DNA of 64,000 nucleotides, taken from Candidatus Poribacteria bacterium. Lineage in GTDB: Bacteria > Poribacteria > WGA-4E > WGA-3G. The position numbers and the translations under genes were made by a program. Positions 47,283 through 58,224 of this stretch are shown piece by piece. The stretch's first letter is position 1. Each line of letters begins with the position of its first letter. The stretch spans positions 480,001-544,000 of the forward strand of contig CAXXUA010000015.1 of NCBI GenBank assembly GCA_963663765.2, read 5' to 3'. Below the pieces are notes generated by a model, which worked only from the letters and a program-made list of their open reading frames with translations, did no database searches and was not told where the DNA came from.

Positions 47283-48596
47283 TTGATGAAATTAGTTAAA
47301 CATAATATACAACGTTTGCGAAACAATTCCTTAATAAAGACTCTCTACACTTTCGTTAAAGAACATAATATTGAACTCTACATTGTAGGTGGTAGTGTTA
47401 GGGATTTACTGCTTAATCGTTTTATAACAGATTATGATTTCACATTGGAATCTAATGTTTTTCAGTATGCAAAGATGTTTGCTGATAGCATACATGCCCC
47501 CATCGTTCCACTTGAAGAAAATCCTCCCACAGTCAGGATAATTATAAGAAGTACAAGTTCTATTACTCCTGATTTCTACATTGATTTTGCACAATATCGC
47601 GCAGCATCACTTATAAAAGACTTACAACTACGCGATTTAACAATAAATGCAATTGCGATTCCATTTGTTTCGTTTATGGAATCAAACAATTATGAGATAA
47701 TAGATCCATGTAATGGATTAAAAGACTTGGAAATGCGTCTACTCCGTTTTCCAAGTGAACAGGTTATCCTTGATGATCCACTGCGATTGATGAGAATATA
47801 TCGTTTCGCTGCACAGTTAGACTTTCAATTCTCTGAAGAATCTGAAACGTTAGTTGAACAGCACAAACGACTTCTTTCAGAAACTTCAATAGAAAGAGTT
47901 CGTGATGAACTACTAAAAGTATTCAACGTTGAGAATGCCCAAAAATATTTACAGCAGATGTATGATATTGGGTTGCTATCAATTGTCTTTCCACAGTTGG
48001 AGCAAAGAAGAATGAATTGGGATCCGTTAATATACTATGAGGAAGAACTAATACCAAATCAAATACCTGATTATGACTTTGATATGCAAATCTATCTGCA
48101 TGACGAATTAGGTATATACACTTCTCGCTACTGTTTGTTAAAACTTTGTCTAATTCTTACTGAGGATTTCGGTGACGTTGGCAATAAGTTACGACTCAGT
48201 AAGAAATCAGTTAAGTTTATAAAATCTCTATTTGCAGGAATCAAACATATTTCAGATAGAAGCATGACAAGAAAAGACATAATTGACTTTTTGAGAATTG
48301 CATCAACAGATTGGTGGGGTGTCATATTATATTCAATAGCTAATCAGTCTATATCTCATGAGACAATAGAGAAAATATCAGATATTTATTTTGACCATTT
48401 CCTTCCAATTGTTGAACAAGGTCGACTGATTACTGGAGAGGATTTGATAAAGAGATTTAACTTGAATGAAGGCAAGGAAATTGGTGAACTATTGAAACAG
48501 ATTGAGGATATGCAGTTTTATGGTGAAATTAGGTCACGAGAAGATGCTCTTGCTACTGTAGAAGTATTAATTCATGAACGAGATTTTGCAATTTAA
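47283..48596 (+). CDS. CCA-adding enzyme / poly(A) polymerase family nucleotidyltransferase
   Basis: VGGSVRDLLL, DYD, RDLTINAIA, DDPLRLMR..RFAAQL, ERVRDEL. Confidence 0.92.
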   Translation: MMKLVKHNIQRLRNNSLIKTLYTFVKEHNIELYIVGGSVRDLLLNRFITDYDFTLESNVFQYAKMFADSIHAPIVPLEENPPTVRIIIRSTSSITPDFYIDFAQYRAASLIKDLQLRDLTINAIAIPFVSFMESNNYEIIDPCNGLKDLEMRLLRFPSEQVILDDPLRLMRIYRFAAQLDFQFSEESETLVEQHKRLLSETSIERVRDELLKVFNVENAQKYLQQMYDIGLLSIVFPQLEQRRMNWDPLIYYEEELIPNQIPDYDFDMQIYLHDELGIYTSRYCLLKLCLILTEDFGDVGNKLRLSKKSVKFIKSLFAGIKHISDRSMTRKDIIDFLRIASTDWWGVILYSIANQSISHETIEKISDIYFDHFLPIVEQGRLITGEDLIKRFNLNEGKEIGELLKQIEDMQFYGEIRSREDALATVEVLIHERDFAI

Positions 48597-49276
48597 TCAA
48601 TTTCATGTTTAGGTAATAACTTTGGGATTAGAGAAACCAGTACAATGAGTACTCCTGCAGCTGAAAGATATAATATCGTCTTTGACAAATCACCTTCGCC
48701 ACTAACAATTGCGCCGCCGATTTGCACATAGGCTATCGTTCCCGGTAACATAAAAATCGCAGAAACAAGTACATAAGTGAGAAACTTAATTTTTGTCAGT
48801 CCATAAGCATAGTTTTGCAGATTAAATGGGAAAATAGGAACTAACCGCGTGAACATAAGTATACGCCATCCTTCCTGTTCAACCTTCTCATCAATCCTTT
48901 TAAATAGACTAAAACCTGAAACCCACCGCTCAACGATATCGCGGGCAATGTAACGTGCCACAAGGAAAGCCAACGAAACGCCAATCGTCGCACCAATCCA
49001 AACATAAACGACACCAAGAATTGGACCGAAAGCAACACCAGAGATTACAGTTACAGGTAATCCTGGCAAAAAGAACAGTGTCGCGACAATGTAAAGACCG
49101 ATATACACTATCGGTGCGACAATCCCGAAGCCTGAAACCCAATCTTTGATTTTGTGTACGTTCTCAAGTTTAATGTACTGTGTAACACCGTAATGTCGTA
49201 ATAGCAGATAGATCGCAACTAGTACACAGATTACAATAGAAAACTTAATCAGTTTGCTTTTCATTGATGTTGACAA
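48593..49276 (-). CDS. TVP38/TMEM64 (VTT/DedA) family membrane protein
   Basis: FLPG....SG.AFG, RLVPIFPFNLQNY..GLT. Confidence 0.92.
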   Translation of the reverse strand: MSTSMKSKLIKFSIVICVLVAIYLLLRHYGVTQYIKLENVHKIKDWVSGFGIVAPIVYIGLYIVATLFFLPGLPVTVISGVAFGPILGVVYVWIGATIGVSLAFLVARYIARDIVERWVSGFSLFKRIDEKVEQEGWRILMFTRLVPIFPFNLQNYAYGLTKIKFLTYVLVSAIFMLPGTIAYVQIGGAIVSGEGDLSKTILYLSAAGVLIVLVSLIPKLLPKHEID

Positions 49277-50723
49277 TTGCCTTCAAATAGGCTTTTATTC
49301 TGTTGCGGTATCGTGCTGGAATTCTATTATTCTCTATTGCATTTTCATAGTCTTGCTGTGTTGCCAGAACAACCTTACTAAATGGTAGATAGTTCGGTTC
49401 GTTAGCATCGTTATTTACCCTTCCAGTGAATACCCGTGTAATGATTTCAGAGTCAGATTCATTTTCTGTTATTATTTCTAAAGCATTCCCATCGTTATTT
49501 AATCGGGGCACATTACCATCTGTAAGAGGTTTTAACGGATTGTTTTCGTTTTCAGTTGACGTGATACCATTTGATGTAGGTGTAAAATCGGAGTTTGTGT
49601 TTGTTTCTTGTGAACCTTGAACTTCTGTATTTCCAGTTTCTTGTCCGTGCGAGCCGTCACTGTGTGCCATTCCTCCAGAGTGATGATTAGTTTTAATGCT
49701 TGCTAATGCAATTTGTTTTCGGTTTTCTACAAGCATGTCTTCAAGTTGGTTCAGTCTATTTGCATGTTTTAAAGCATTTGCAATTTCCAGTAACACGTCT
49801 GAAGGTACTGTTGTTCCTTGGATCTGATCTAATTTCTGTTTTAATTCGCTATTGGGATCATTTTCAGAAAGTCTTGAAAAGAGTTTTTGTAGCTCTGACA
49901 GAAGTTCGGGGGTAAGTTGCTTTTGTGCAGCTAATCTTTCAAATTCCTCTGCAAGTGCGGTGGTATCCATGTTCTTGAAGTGTTGAGTTGTTTTTACTGC
50001 CGCAGTAATTGCTGACACATCTGGATATTCTGATTTCTGTTTTTGGATTTCTCTATTTAATTCACTGAGTGACTCTTGGACGTTTGTAATAAAATTGGTG
50101 TTTTTCAGTTGATTGACGGTCTTTGTAATCTCATTTTGAATATGTGTATTCTTAATACTATGACTTTCGTTGATTAGTTTTGCAATTGTCTGGTTTATTG
50201 CATCACGTTCTGAAACTGCTATTGGTTCAGGGAGTTCATATTGTTGGGGTATCGCAAAAGATAGTCCAATGAGTAGCAGCGGAATTGGAAGCCATTTTAC
50301 GAATTTTGGTGGCGTAAAACGCATGAACTCACTTACACCTAAGTTCTCTATTCTTGATGTGGAATCACACATTTGAAGATATGCTATTTCATCGGTTTTA
50401 TTATTCTTAATGGATTCCAAGGATGTTATAACTCTACCCTTGAGACGCATGTTTGTATCAATAGAATTAGCAATCTCAGATGACGTTTTACGTTGAATCA
50501 TACCCATTAAGAAACCAAAACCTACTGCACCTAAAATAAGAAAGAGAGAGAGTATCAAAGTTGAAAATGGAAGAATAAAAAAGCGAGTTCCTATATAAAA
50601 CATGGCAAGTAAGCACATTGCGATAAAGAGTAGTCTTATCACTTGCTGATAGACTGTATGTCTAAACGCACGATTTTGACATGATTTTATGTAATTTAGG
50701 ATGGAGCGTTGTTGGGATTCCAT
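49245..50723 (-). CDS. Membrane protein with long coiled-coil region
   Basis: N-terminal TM helices, helical body, C-terminal IPARYR..IKAYL as in proteins of vWA/MoxR loci. Confidence 0.75.
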   Translation of the reverse strand: MESQQRSILNYIKSCQNRAFRHTVYQQVIRLLFIAMCLLAMFYIGTRFFILPFSTLILSLFLILGAVGFGFLMGMIQRKTSSEIANSIDTNMRLKGRVITSLESIKNNKTDEIAYLQMCDSTSRIENLGVSEFMRFTPPKFVKWLPIPLLLIGLSFAIPQQYELPEPIAVSERDAINQTIAKLINESHSIKNTHIQNEITKTVNQLKNTNFITNVQESLSELNREIQKQKSEYPDVSAITAAVKTTQHFKNMDTTALAEEFERLAAQKQLTPELLSELQKLFSRLSENDPNSELKQKLDQIQGTTVPSDVLLEIANALKHANRLNQLEDMLVENRKQIALASIKTNHHSGGMAHSDGSHGQETGNTEVQGSQETNTNSDFTPTSNGITSTENENNPLKPLTDGNVPRLNNDGNALEIITENESDSEIITRVFTGRVNNDANEPNYLPFSKVVLATQQDYENAIENNRIPARYRNRIKAYLKAIVNINEKQTD

Positions 50724-50794
50724 TTTATTCTTGTCCTATGCATTGGAAGAAACTACATCTGGATAATACTAATGCTTCTTTGAATAATGTACTA

Positions 50795-51233
50795 ATACCA
50801 ATTCTAATAAATCTTGTCTCATTAAGGAATTCTACTGTTTACTGGCAGGGGGTTACTCTCTTCGGTAGGAGGGACCTCCCGGTCGCGACCGTGATGTCGC
50901 TCCTACCAGATTTCCGCTGCTAATGAGACATTATTATACCAATTCTAATAAATCTTGTCTCATTAAGGAATTCTACTGTTTACTGGCAGGGGGTTACTCT
51001 CTTCGGTAGGAGGGACCTCCCGGTCGCGACCGTGAGGTTGCTCCTACCAGATTTCCGCTGCTAATGAGACATTATTATACCAATTCTAATAAATCTTGTC
51101 TCATTAAGGAATTCTACTGTTTACTGGCAGGGGGTTACTCTCTTCGGTAGGAGGGACCTCCCGGTCGCGACCGTGAGGTTGCTCCTACCAGATTTCCGCT
51201 GCTAATGAGACATTATCACATGAAAATGGTATA
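50795..51233. repeat. 3 x ~141-bp tandem IS630-type MITE with internal GTAGG REP hairpin
   Basis: Unit TACCAATTCTAATAAATCTTGTCTCATTAAGG...TAATGAGACATTA; final end AAAATGGTATA. Confidence 0.88.
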
Positions 51234-51237
51234 ACAA

Positions 51238-52029
51238 TTGCATATTTCCTTAAGTAACGGTATAATAGCGCAAAAAGATAAGGGTGTCAAGTTGAAATCA
51301 TATTTACAAGAAATAAAAACAAAATATCTACAAGGTTGGGAACGGCAAACGACGGTCATATTACTTGCATCTGGTGTGATTTTAACAACGCATAGAAAAT
51401 TTAGTCGTACCGGTTTTTATCGCGCACATTTAGCTGAGTATTTTGAGTATTTACCATTGGCTGCAAGCCTTCCTTACTATTACTGGTTTCTGTCAACAGC
51501 AGTGACTTTATTAGTGATTCCAATCATCATTGCAGTTGTTGGATCGAATCAGAGACTGCGTGATTATGGAATGAGATTAGGTAGACAGAAACTGGGTTGG
51601 TTGATTACGGCGGCAGCTTGGATATTGATGATCCCTATAGTATTTATTGCAATAAAACTTCACGAACCTTTCTTATATAAATATCCGTTCAGTAAGGTTG
51701 TTGCGAAGAGTTGGGTTACATTTGTTCCATATCAACTTGCTTATGGTGTCTATATGTTCTCATGGGAGTTTTTCTTCCGAGGATTTATGTTGTTCGGTTT
51801 AGAAAAACGATTTGGGAACTATAGTATCTTGATTCAGACGATTCCGTTTGCGGTCATGCACTTTTCTAAGCCGTTACCAGAAGCACTTGGTTCAGTCATT
51901 GCGGGTATATTGTTGGGTGTACTTGCACTTGAAACTCGATCATTTGTGTATGGTGCTGCAATTCATTGGTTGGTTGCAATGACGATGGATACGTTATGTG
52001 TTCTTTTACGTAGTTCAGTGTTGGTATAG
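51238..52029 (+). CDS. CPBP/Abi (CAAX protease-like) intramembrane metalloprotease
   Basis: WEFFFRG, FAVMH, final H motif; start uncertain (possibly TTG 51292). Confidence 0.88.
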   Translation: MHISLSNGIIAQKDKGVKLKSYLQEIKTKYLQGWERQTTVILLASGVILTTHRKFSRTGFYRAHLAEYFEYLPLAASLPYYYWFLSTAVTLLVIPIIIAVVGSNQRLRDYGMRLGRQKLGWLITAAAWILMIPIVFIAIKLHEPFLYKYPFSKVVAKSWVTFVPYQLAYGVYMFSWEFFFRGFMLFGLEKRFGNYSILIQTIPFAVMHFSKPLPEALGSVIAGILLGVLALETRSFVYGAAIHWLVAMTMDTLCVLLRSSVLV

Positions 52030-52184
52030 TGATGTAAAGATGCATAGGCGTCAATTTAAGAACAGGACTTACGCACCCAACGGTACGCGGGGAATACCTA
52101 AATAAGCATGCGCGTATGGCATGCTCCATGATTCATACCCGAAGAATACCATAAGGTATTCATACCGATGATTACTTGATTTTG

Positions 52185-52672
52185 TGCTTTGTAAGCGCGC
52201 CCCCCAACTACCCCCCAACTGCAGGCGTGCTTTGTAAGCGCGCCCCCCAACTGCCCCCTAACTGCAGGCGTGCTTTGTCCGCGCACCCCCAACTGCCCCC
52301 CAACTGCAGGCGTGCTTTGTCCGCGCACCCCCCAACTGCCCCCTAACTGCAGGCGTGCTTTGTAAGCGCGCCCCCCAACTGCCCCCCAACTGCCTCCCAA
52401 CTGCCTCCCAACTGCCCCCCAACTGCAGGCGTGCTTTTTAAGCGCGCCCCCCAACTGCAGGCGTGCTTTGTCCGCGCGCGCCCCAACTGCCTCCCAACTG
52501 CAGGCGTGCTTTTTAAGCGCGCCCCCCAACTGCAGGCGTGCTTTGTCCGCGCGCGCCCCAACTGCCCCCTAACTGCAGGCGTGCTTTGTCCGCGCGCCCC
52601 CCAACTGCCTCCCAACTGCAGGCGTGCTTTGTCCGCGCACCTCCCATGGTAGGCGTGCTTTGTAAGCGCGCT
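52185..52672. repeat. C-rich modular array of CTGCAGGCGTGCTTTGT(AA/CC)GCGCGC units
   Basis: About 10 units separated by CCCCAACTG-type submodules; ends in GTAGGCGTGCTTTGTAAGCGCGC. Confidence 0.9.
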
Positions 52673-53093
52673 GGCACATCATATCCCAACAGAGCGCTTA
52701 CAAACCACGCCTACAATCTGAAAAATATTTATTACCCGATTAATAAATTAATCTTCATTTAGTTTGTGTCCGCATCTGCACAAACTAAAAGTTTGATGCT
52801 CAAATTGTCCAAATAATTATATGTCTTACTATAATCGGGGTTGAAAACCCCTCCCACAAAAGGTCAAAATCCTTAAATTGACCCTTATAATACGGTTAGA
52901 AACCGCACCTACCGGTCTGGGTGTATAGCAGGTGTTAACAATTTGCAGGAAACATCTAAAACTGAATATTCCTGAACATACTAAGCGAACAATTGCATAA
53001 TTTCAACGATTGTGTTATACTCAGCATATATTATGAAAATCACCAGTAATTTGAAGCGTAATTTACGATTTTCTAACCAAAGTAACAGTCAAT

Positions 53094-54329
53094 ATGAGTA
53101 AGGAGTCATGGATGCCAGAAAAGAAGTACAAGGTACGTGCAGCACATTGTGATTATCGTGCAACTGAAGAAGAAATTTACAATACACTTCGCCGCATCAC
53201 GGATCCGCTAACGCAATCTTGGAAGCCGATAGAGAACGCTAAAAAGATTGTAATCAAATTTAATATGATGAAACCGCATGAGCGAATTGTTTATTTTGAG
53301 GGTCGCCGTCGAGAACTTGTCGATGATGCGGTCTGCCGTGCTGTGTTGCGGTTACTCAAAGAACATACCACGGCTCAACTTGTAGCAACTGATACGAACC
53401 CGTATACGCACGGAAACCGTATGCCGCCAGGTTTCAACTATGAGCATCATCTCAAGGAATTTGGTGTAGATTTTGTTGATTCTAATTTACCACCATTTAT
53501 GGTATATGATGTTCCAGGTGGCGGTTCAATGTTTGACCGTTACACATTGAGTGCATGTTTTGCTGAGGCAGATGCAGTGGTTTCAGTAGCGAAGATGAAA
53601 AACCATGCATTTATGGGTATCACACTTTGTACAAAAAACCTATTTGGTTTGCCTCCTATGATACTTCCTGAAGGGCGTACACGGAGTTATTATCATCATT
53701 TAATTCGTCTGTCTTATGTACTACCCGACCTTGCAATGATAACAAAACCGTGTCTGAATATTATAGATGCATTGACAGGTCAGTGGGGACGCGAATGGGG
53801 AGGTGAAGGTAGAATCTGTAATGCGTTGATAGCAGGGGATCATCCGATTTCTACTGATACCGTCGGGATACATCTGATGGGACATGATCCTAAATCCGAT
53901 TGGCCTACTCCCCCTTTCAAACGCGATCGGAACCATATCCTTATCGCTGCACAACGGGGATACGGTACTGTTGATTTAGATGAAATAGATTGGGACAGTG
54001 AAGTTACATCACCACTTGCGGAATTTGATTCTGTAGAGACTGATAGTCCTGAAAGGGTTTCTAATTGGCGACAAACGACATGTGAACAGGGATTGGTCTA
54101 TCTTGAAAACCAGAAACAGATGATAGATAAATATCAGGATAATTATATCTATTTGCAGGGGGGAGAAGTTGTTTGGAGTGGTCCTGATCCATCGAATCTT
54201 GGTAGTCGTCGAAAACTAAGTGGAGATAAGAAGGACAGCGCATTATGGCTCAAACTTGTAGATGCTGAAGAATATGAAGGTGAACGATTTAACGTTTATG
54301 AAGAATGTCTGAAAACCTTTGTAGCATAA
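53094..54329 (+). CDS. DUF362 domain protein
   Basis: IVIKFN, ADAVVSVAKMKNH...ITLCTKNLFG, LNIIDAL.G. Confidence 0.85.
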   Translation: MSKESWMPEKKYKVRAAHCDYRATEEEIYNTLRRITDPLTQSWKPIENAKKIVIKFNMMKPHERIVYFEGRRRELVDDAVCRAVLRLLKEHTTAQLVATDTNPYTHGNRMPPGFNYEHHLKEFGVDFVDSNLPPFMVYDVPGGGSMFDRYTLSACFAEADAVVSVAKMKNHAFMGITLCTKNLFGLPPMILPEGRTRSYYHHLIRLSYVLPDLAMITKPCLNIIDALTGQWGREWGGEGRICNALIAGDHPISTDTVGIHLMGHDPKSDWPTPPFKRDRNHILIAAQRGYGTVDLDEIDWDSEVTSPLAEFDSVETDSPERVSNWRQTTCEQGLVYLENQKQMIDKYQDNYIYLQGGEVVWSGPDPSNLGSRRKLSGDKKDSALWLKLVDAEEYEGERFNVYEECLKTFVA

Positions 54330-54357
54330 GGTCGTAACAATAAAATTGGATATACCG

Positions 54358-55098
54358 ATGAGTATCACTGAAGCAGAAAAAAAGCAATTGGATGAGCAAG
54401 GGTGTATTGTCATACCTAATGTGCTTTCTGAAGAAGAAATTGAGATGTATAGAAAAGATATTCTTCGGTTGGCATACCAAGAGAGAAATGATGGAAAAGC
54501 ACTACGTCATACAGAGGGTTATGGTCAACATGTGCGTTGGTTGACAAATAAGGGTGAGATTTATGAGCGGCTTGTTGCTCATCCGAAGGTGATGCCGTTT
54601 TTTGAACATCTACTCGGTTCGGATTACACACTGAGCACTCTAACTTCAAACATCATAGAACCGGGTGCACCTGACGGGGGATACCATGTTGATAATATCT
54701 TAGGAGGGTTACCTGAACCGCTTCCAAGTATTCCTTTAGTTGCGAACAGTCTATGGTTACTTGATGACTTTACACCAGAAAATGGTGGTACTCGGCATGT
54801 GCCTGGTATCCACTTACAGCAGATAAAACCTCCTCCCGGAAAAAATTACCATCCCGATGAAGTGCGACTTTCCGCACCAAAAGGGTCAGTATTCCTTTTT
54901 AATGGGGCTTTATGGCATTCGACTGGAGCGAACAAGACTGATAGACAACGTATTGCCTTGATCTGTTTCTGTTGTCGGTCGTTTGTTAAGCCGATGTTTG
55001 ACTTTGTGCATCATTTAAAACCGGAAGTCGTTGAACGTGCTTCTCCAACTATGCGTCGTATCTACGGTTTTGATTCCCAACCGAGACCACCTGATTAA
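54358..55098 (+). CDS. Phytanoyl-CoA dioxygenase (PhyH) family protein
   Basis: HVD, WLLDDFTPENGGT..VPG.H, LWH..GAN....R; ATG at 54358 preferred. Confidence 0.92.
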   Translation: MSITEAEKKQLDEQGCIVIPNVLSEEEIEMYRKDILRLAYQERNDGKALRHTEGYGQHVRWLTNKGEIYERLVAHPKVMPFFEHLLGSDYTLSTLTSNIIEPGAPDGGYHVDNILGGLPEPLPSIPLVANSLWLLDDFTPENGGTRHVPGIHLQQIKPPPGKNYHPDEVRLSAPKGSVFLFNGALWHSTGANKTDRQRIALICFCCRSFVKPMFDFVHHLKPEVVERASPTMRRIYGFDSQPRPPD

Positions 55099-55136
55099 AT
55101 TCCATTCCTTTGTTTCAAGATATAAAGGATAATACT

Positions 55137-55358
55137 CAGGGTTATTCAGTACTAAAAGTTTTCTGTTATTGAGATTTACTGAAAGTTAATACCCAAATGA
55201 GGTTTCCTAACTGCACCTTATACATCAATTTTAGATTATTGAAACATGAACATCGGTCTTTAGTCCCTACGGGACTAAAGAACTGGACAAGATGGCAACA
55301 CATAAAATTAACGACATAGCAAAATAATATCAAATATATTGAAAACTGAATAACCCTG
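55137..55358. mobile_element. ISAs1-type MITE
   Basis: CAGGGTTATTCAGT / ACTGAATAACCCTG; internally deleted inverted relative of 1997-2369. Confidence 0.8.
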
Positions 55359-55359
55359 G

Positions 55360-56503
55360 AGGGTGTGTAAAGTTTTTTCACAAACTGTTCATTCTCCATT
55401 GCAGGCGTGCTTTGTAAGCGCACCCCACCTGCAGGCGTGCTTTACAAGCGCACCCTGTGCTCACCTGCCCCCCACTGCATGCGTGCTTTGCAAGCGCTCC
55501 ATAACAGACGCACCCCCTACCTGCAGGCGTGCTTTGTAAGCGCGCCCTGTGCTCACCTGCCCTCCCACTGCAGGCGTGCTTTGTAAGCGCGCCCTGTGCT
55601 CACCTGCCCTCCCACTGCAGGCGTGCTTTGCAAGCGCTCCATAACAGACGCCCCCCACCTGCAGGCGTGCTTTGTAAGCGCGCCCTGTGCTCACCTGCCC
55701 TCCCACCTGCAGGCGTGCTTTGTAAGCGCGCCCTGTGCTCACCTGCCCTCCCACTGCAGGCGTGCTTTGCAAGCGCTCCATAACAGACGCCCCCCACCTG
55801 CAGGCGTGCTTTGTAAGCGCGCCCTGTGCTCACCTGCCCTCCCACCTGCAGGCGTGCTTTGTAAGCGCGCCCTGTGCTCACCTGCCCTCCCACTGCAGGC
55901 GTGATTTGCAAGCGCGCCCTGTGCTCACCTGCCCCCCACTGCAGGCGTGCTTTGCAAGCGCGCCATAACAGACGCACCCCCCACCTGCAGGCGTGCTTTG
56001 TAAGCGCACCAGAACAGATGTGCCCCCACTGCAGGCGTGCTTTGTAAGGGCGCTCCCCACCTGCACAGGCGTGCTTTGTAAGCGCGCTCTTGTAACAGAC
56101 ACCGAGTGTGTAAAGTTTTTGCACAATCTACTCATTCTCCATTGTAGTGCGGTGTCTCTGTACCCCGCTTTTGTTTTCACTCATCAGATATAAAGAAAAC
56201 CATCCAGTTTCTATCAAATATTGCTTGCCGTTAGGGAACTGTGGACATCGTAGGGGCGAGGTCTCCTCGCCCGCATTAGCCTCTGTTCGGGCGGGGAGAC
56301 CCAGCCCCATAGGCGTCAATTTAAGGGTTTTGACCTCTTGTAGGAGGGGTTTTCAACCCCGATTTGAGAGAAATTGAACATAAAATCGGGGTTGAAAACC
56401 CCTCCCACAAGAGAAAATGCCAACACTTTTTTCTTAAATTGACCCCTATGGGGCGGGGAGACCCAGCCCCTACGGCATAGTAACCAAAACTATACACACC
56501 CCT
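55360..56503. mobile_element. Composite MITE with internal CTGCAGGCGTGC tandem array (about 55398-56090) and nested MITE (about 56308-56449)
   Basis: GGGTGTGTAAAGTTTT ... AAACTATACACACCCC ends; same families as 22946-23666. Confidence 0.75.
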
Positions 56504-57184
56504 GACTAAAAAGCAACTTGACTTTGACTATGGTATTGTGTCATAATTGATTAATTCTTTGTTATGCTATTCCAAGTTGCTACCTACAAGATATTAAGCA
56601 GATAGTTGTGAGCTATTTCAATAAGTCATTGATTCTCAACTATTTATTATACAAGACTTACTCAGTTTTCTTGATTTTATCAAGAATTATGATGAAAATG
56701 ATGTAATTATCAGCATTTTTATTGATTTCCAGCGCGCATACAAAGCACGCCTACCGTTGGAGAAATATTTTATTACCGAATTAATAAATTAATCTTCATT
56801 AGGCATTCACCGCCAACCGTTTTTGCTTAAGTCCTGCTGGGGTTACAAACCCCTCCTACAAGTGTGTTCATAAATAGGTGGAAACTTGTGAAATATTATT
56901 ACTTGAAATTTTTCATATTCTTTGGTATTCTTTTAATGAAATTATATACGTAATTATTGTTCTTTATCTCACTCTTATGTATTGATTTACTTTTGATAGT
57001 AGGTGGCATATCATGACAAATTCCTTTACCAAAGACTTTTTTACCCCGACTATACATACGTATCTGATTATGGGAATAGTAGTGGTTCAAATCGTTTTCG
57101 ATTCCATATATAATGAGTATTTCAAAGGCACCGAACACAGTGGATTTTTATATTTCATAATAAAAGGAGACGTATTGGAATTCA

Positions 57185-57670
57185 ATGAATCGGAAAAAGG
57201 AGGCAGAGAAGGTGTCAAATACAATTTCCAATGACTTAGTACTCCTGACTATACCGATGCGTCGAGATATGGAGCTTGCAGCAGCACAATTGGCTTCAGT
57301 CATAGCTGAATCTATGAGTTTTTATGAGCAGCAAGTAGAAGAAATTCAAATGGCAACGATTGAAGCTTGTATAAATGCATTTGAACATAGCAAGAGTCCA
57401 GATCAGCAGGTATTTACTAAGTTTATAATGAGGTCAGATGAGTTGGAAATCAAGATTACAGATCAAGGAGTTGGTTTTTCTCATGACAATCGTGCGCAAC
57501 AGAGAAACAATAAGCCAGATATACATCCAGAGATGCGGAAACGCGGATGGGGGTTGGAAATAATTCATGCACTGATGGATAGTGTGAATATTAGTAGTAA
57601 CAACAACGGTACAACTATTTCAATGGTAAAATGTAAGAATGAAACAGATCAGGAAGATGGACAGGAATGA
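57185..57670 (+). CDS. RsbW-like anti-sigma factor / Ser kinase (HATPase_c_2)
   Basis: EACINAFEH, ITDQG.GF, RGWGL.II..LMD. Confidence 0.9.
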   Translation: MNRKKEAEKVSNTISNDLVLLTIPMRRDMELAAAQLASVIAESMSFYEQQVEEIQMATIEACINAFEHSKSPDQQVFTKFIMRSDELEIKITDQGVGFSHDNRAQQRNNKPDIHPEMRKRGWGLEIIHALMDSVNISSNNNGTTISMVKCKNETDQEDGQE

Positions 57671-57754
57671 CTTAACAGTGATAATTGAAATGGTTTATCT
57701 GGGAACCGTGTGATTTTCTGCATTTGAAATTCTCATTTTGAAGGAGGAAAAAGT

Positions 57755-58099
57755 TTGGCAAACAAATTTGATATTCAGATTCGTGCTGAAAAACAGTACG
57801 CTATATTAGAAACAGCCGGATATTTGAACGATGCACTCGGAGAACGACTTTCAAAAGAAGCACAAGAACTCATTGAAAAAGGCTATACACAGTTAGTAAT
57901 CAATTTGGACAAAACAGCATTAATTAACAGCATAGGTATTTCCATTCTCATAGAAATTATTGAAGCTCTTGAGCAACGTGATGGTACATTAAACTTTTGC
58001 GGTTTATCTGCTACCCAAGAACGGACCTTTAGAATGATGGCAATAGCGAAATACGCGGGTATCTTCCCAGATGAAAAATCTGCAATTGCCAATTTTTGA
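57755..58099 (+). CDS. STAS-domain anti-sigma factor antagonist (RsbV-like)
   Basis: GYLN, LVINL...LINSIGISIL. Confidence 0.9.
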   Translation: MANKFDIQIRAEKQYAILETAGYLNDALGERLSKEAQELIEKGYTQLVINLDKTALINSIGISILIEIIEALEQRDGTLNFCGLSATQERTFRMMAIAKYAGIFPDEKSAIANF

Positions 58100-58224
58100 T
58101 CTCCAATAAATAAAACACATAACCTTATTACACTTAACTGTTTCAACCACCGTTCTTGATTCTAACGGGTCAAATGGATTGAACCCCTAACCTAAGTTAA
58201 GAAGATCAGAAGGAACAATCCGCC

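Noticed and set aside
52098-52762. ORFs with ARLQ/KHACS repeats (also 55461-56377)
   Set aside because: Translations of non-coding repeat arrays, open in several frames and on both strands
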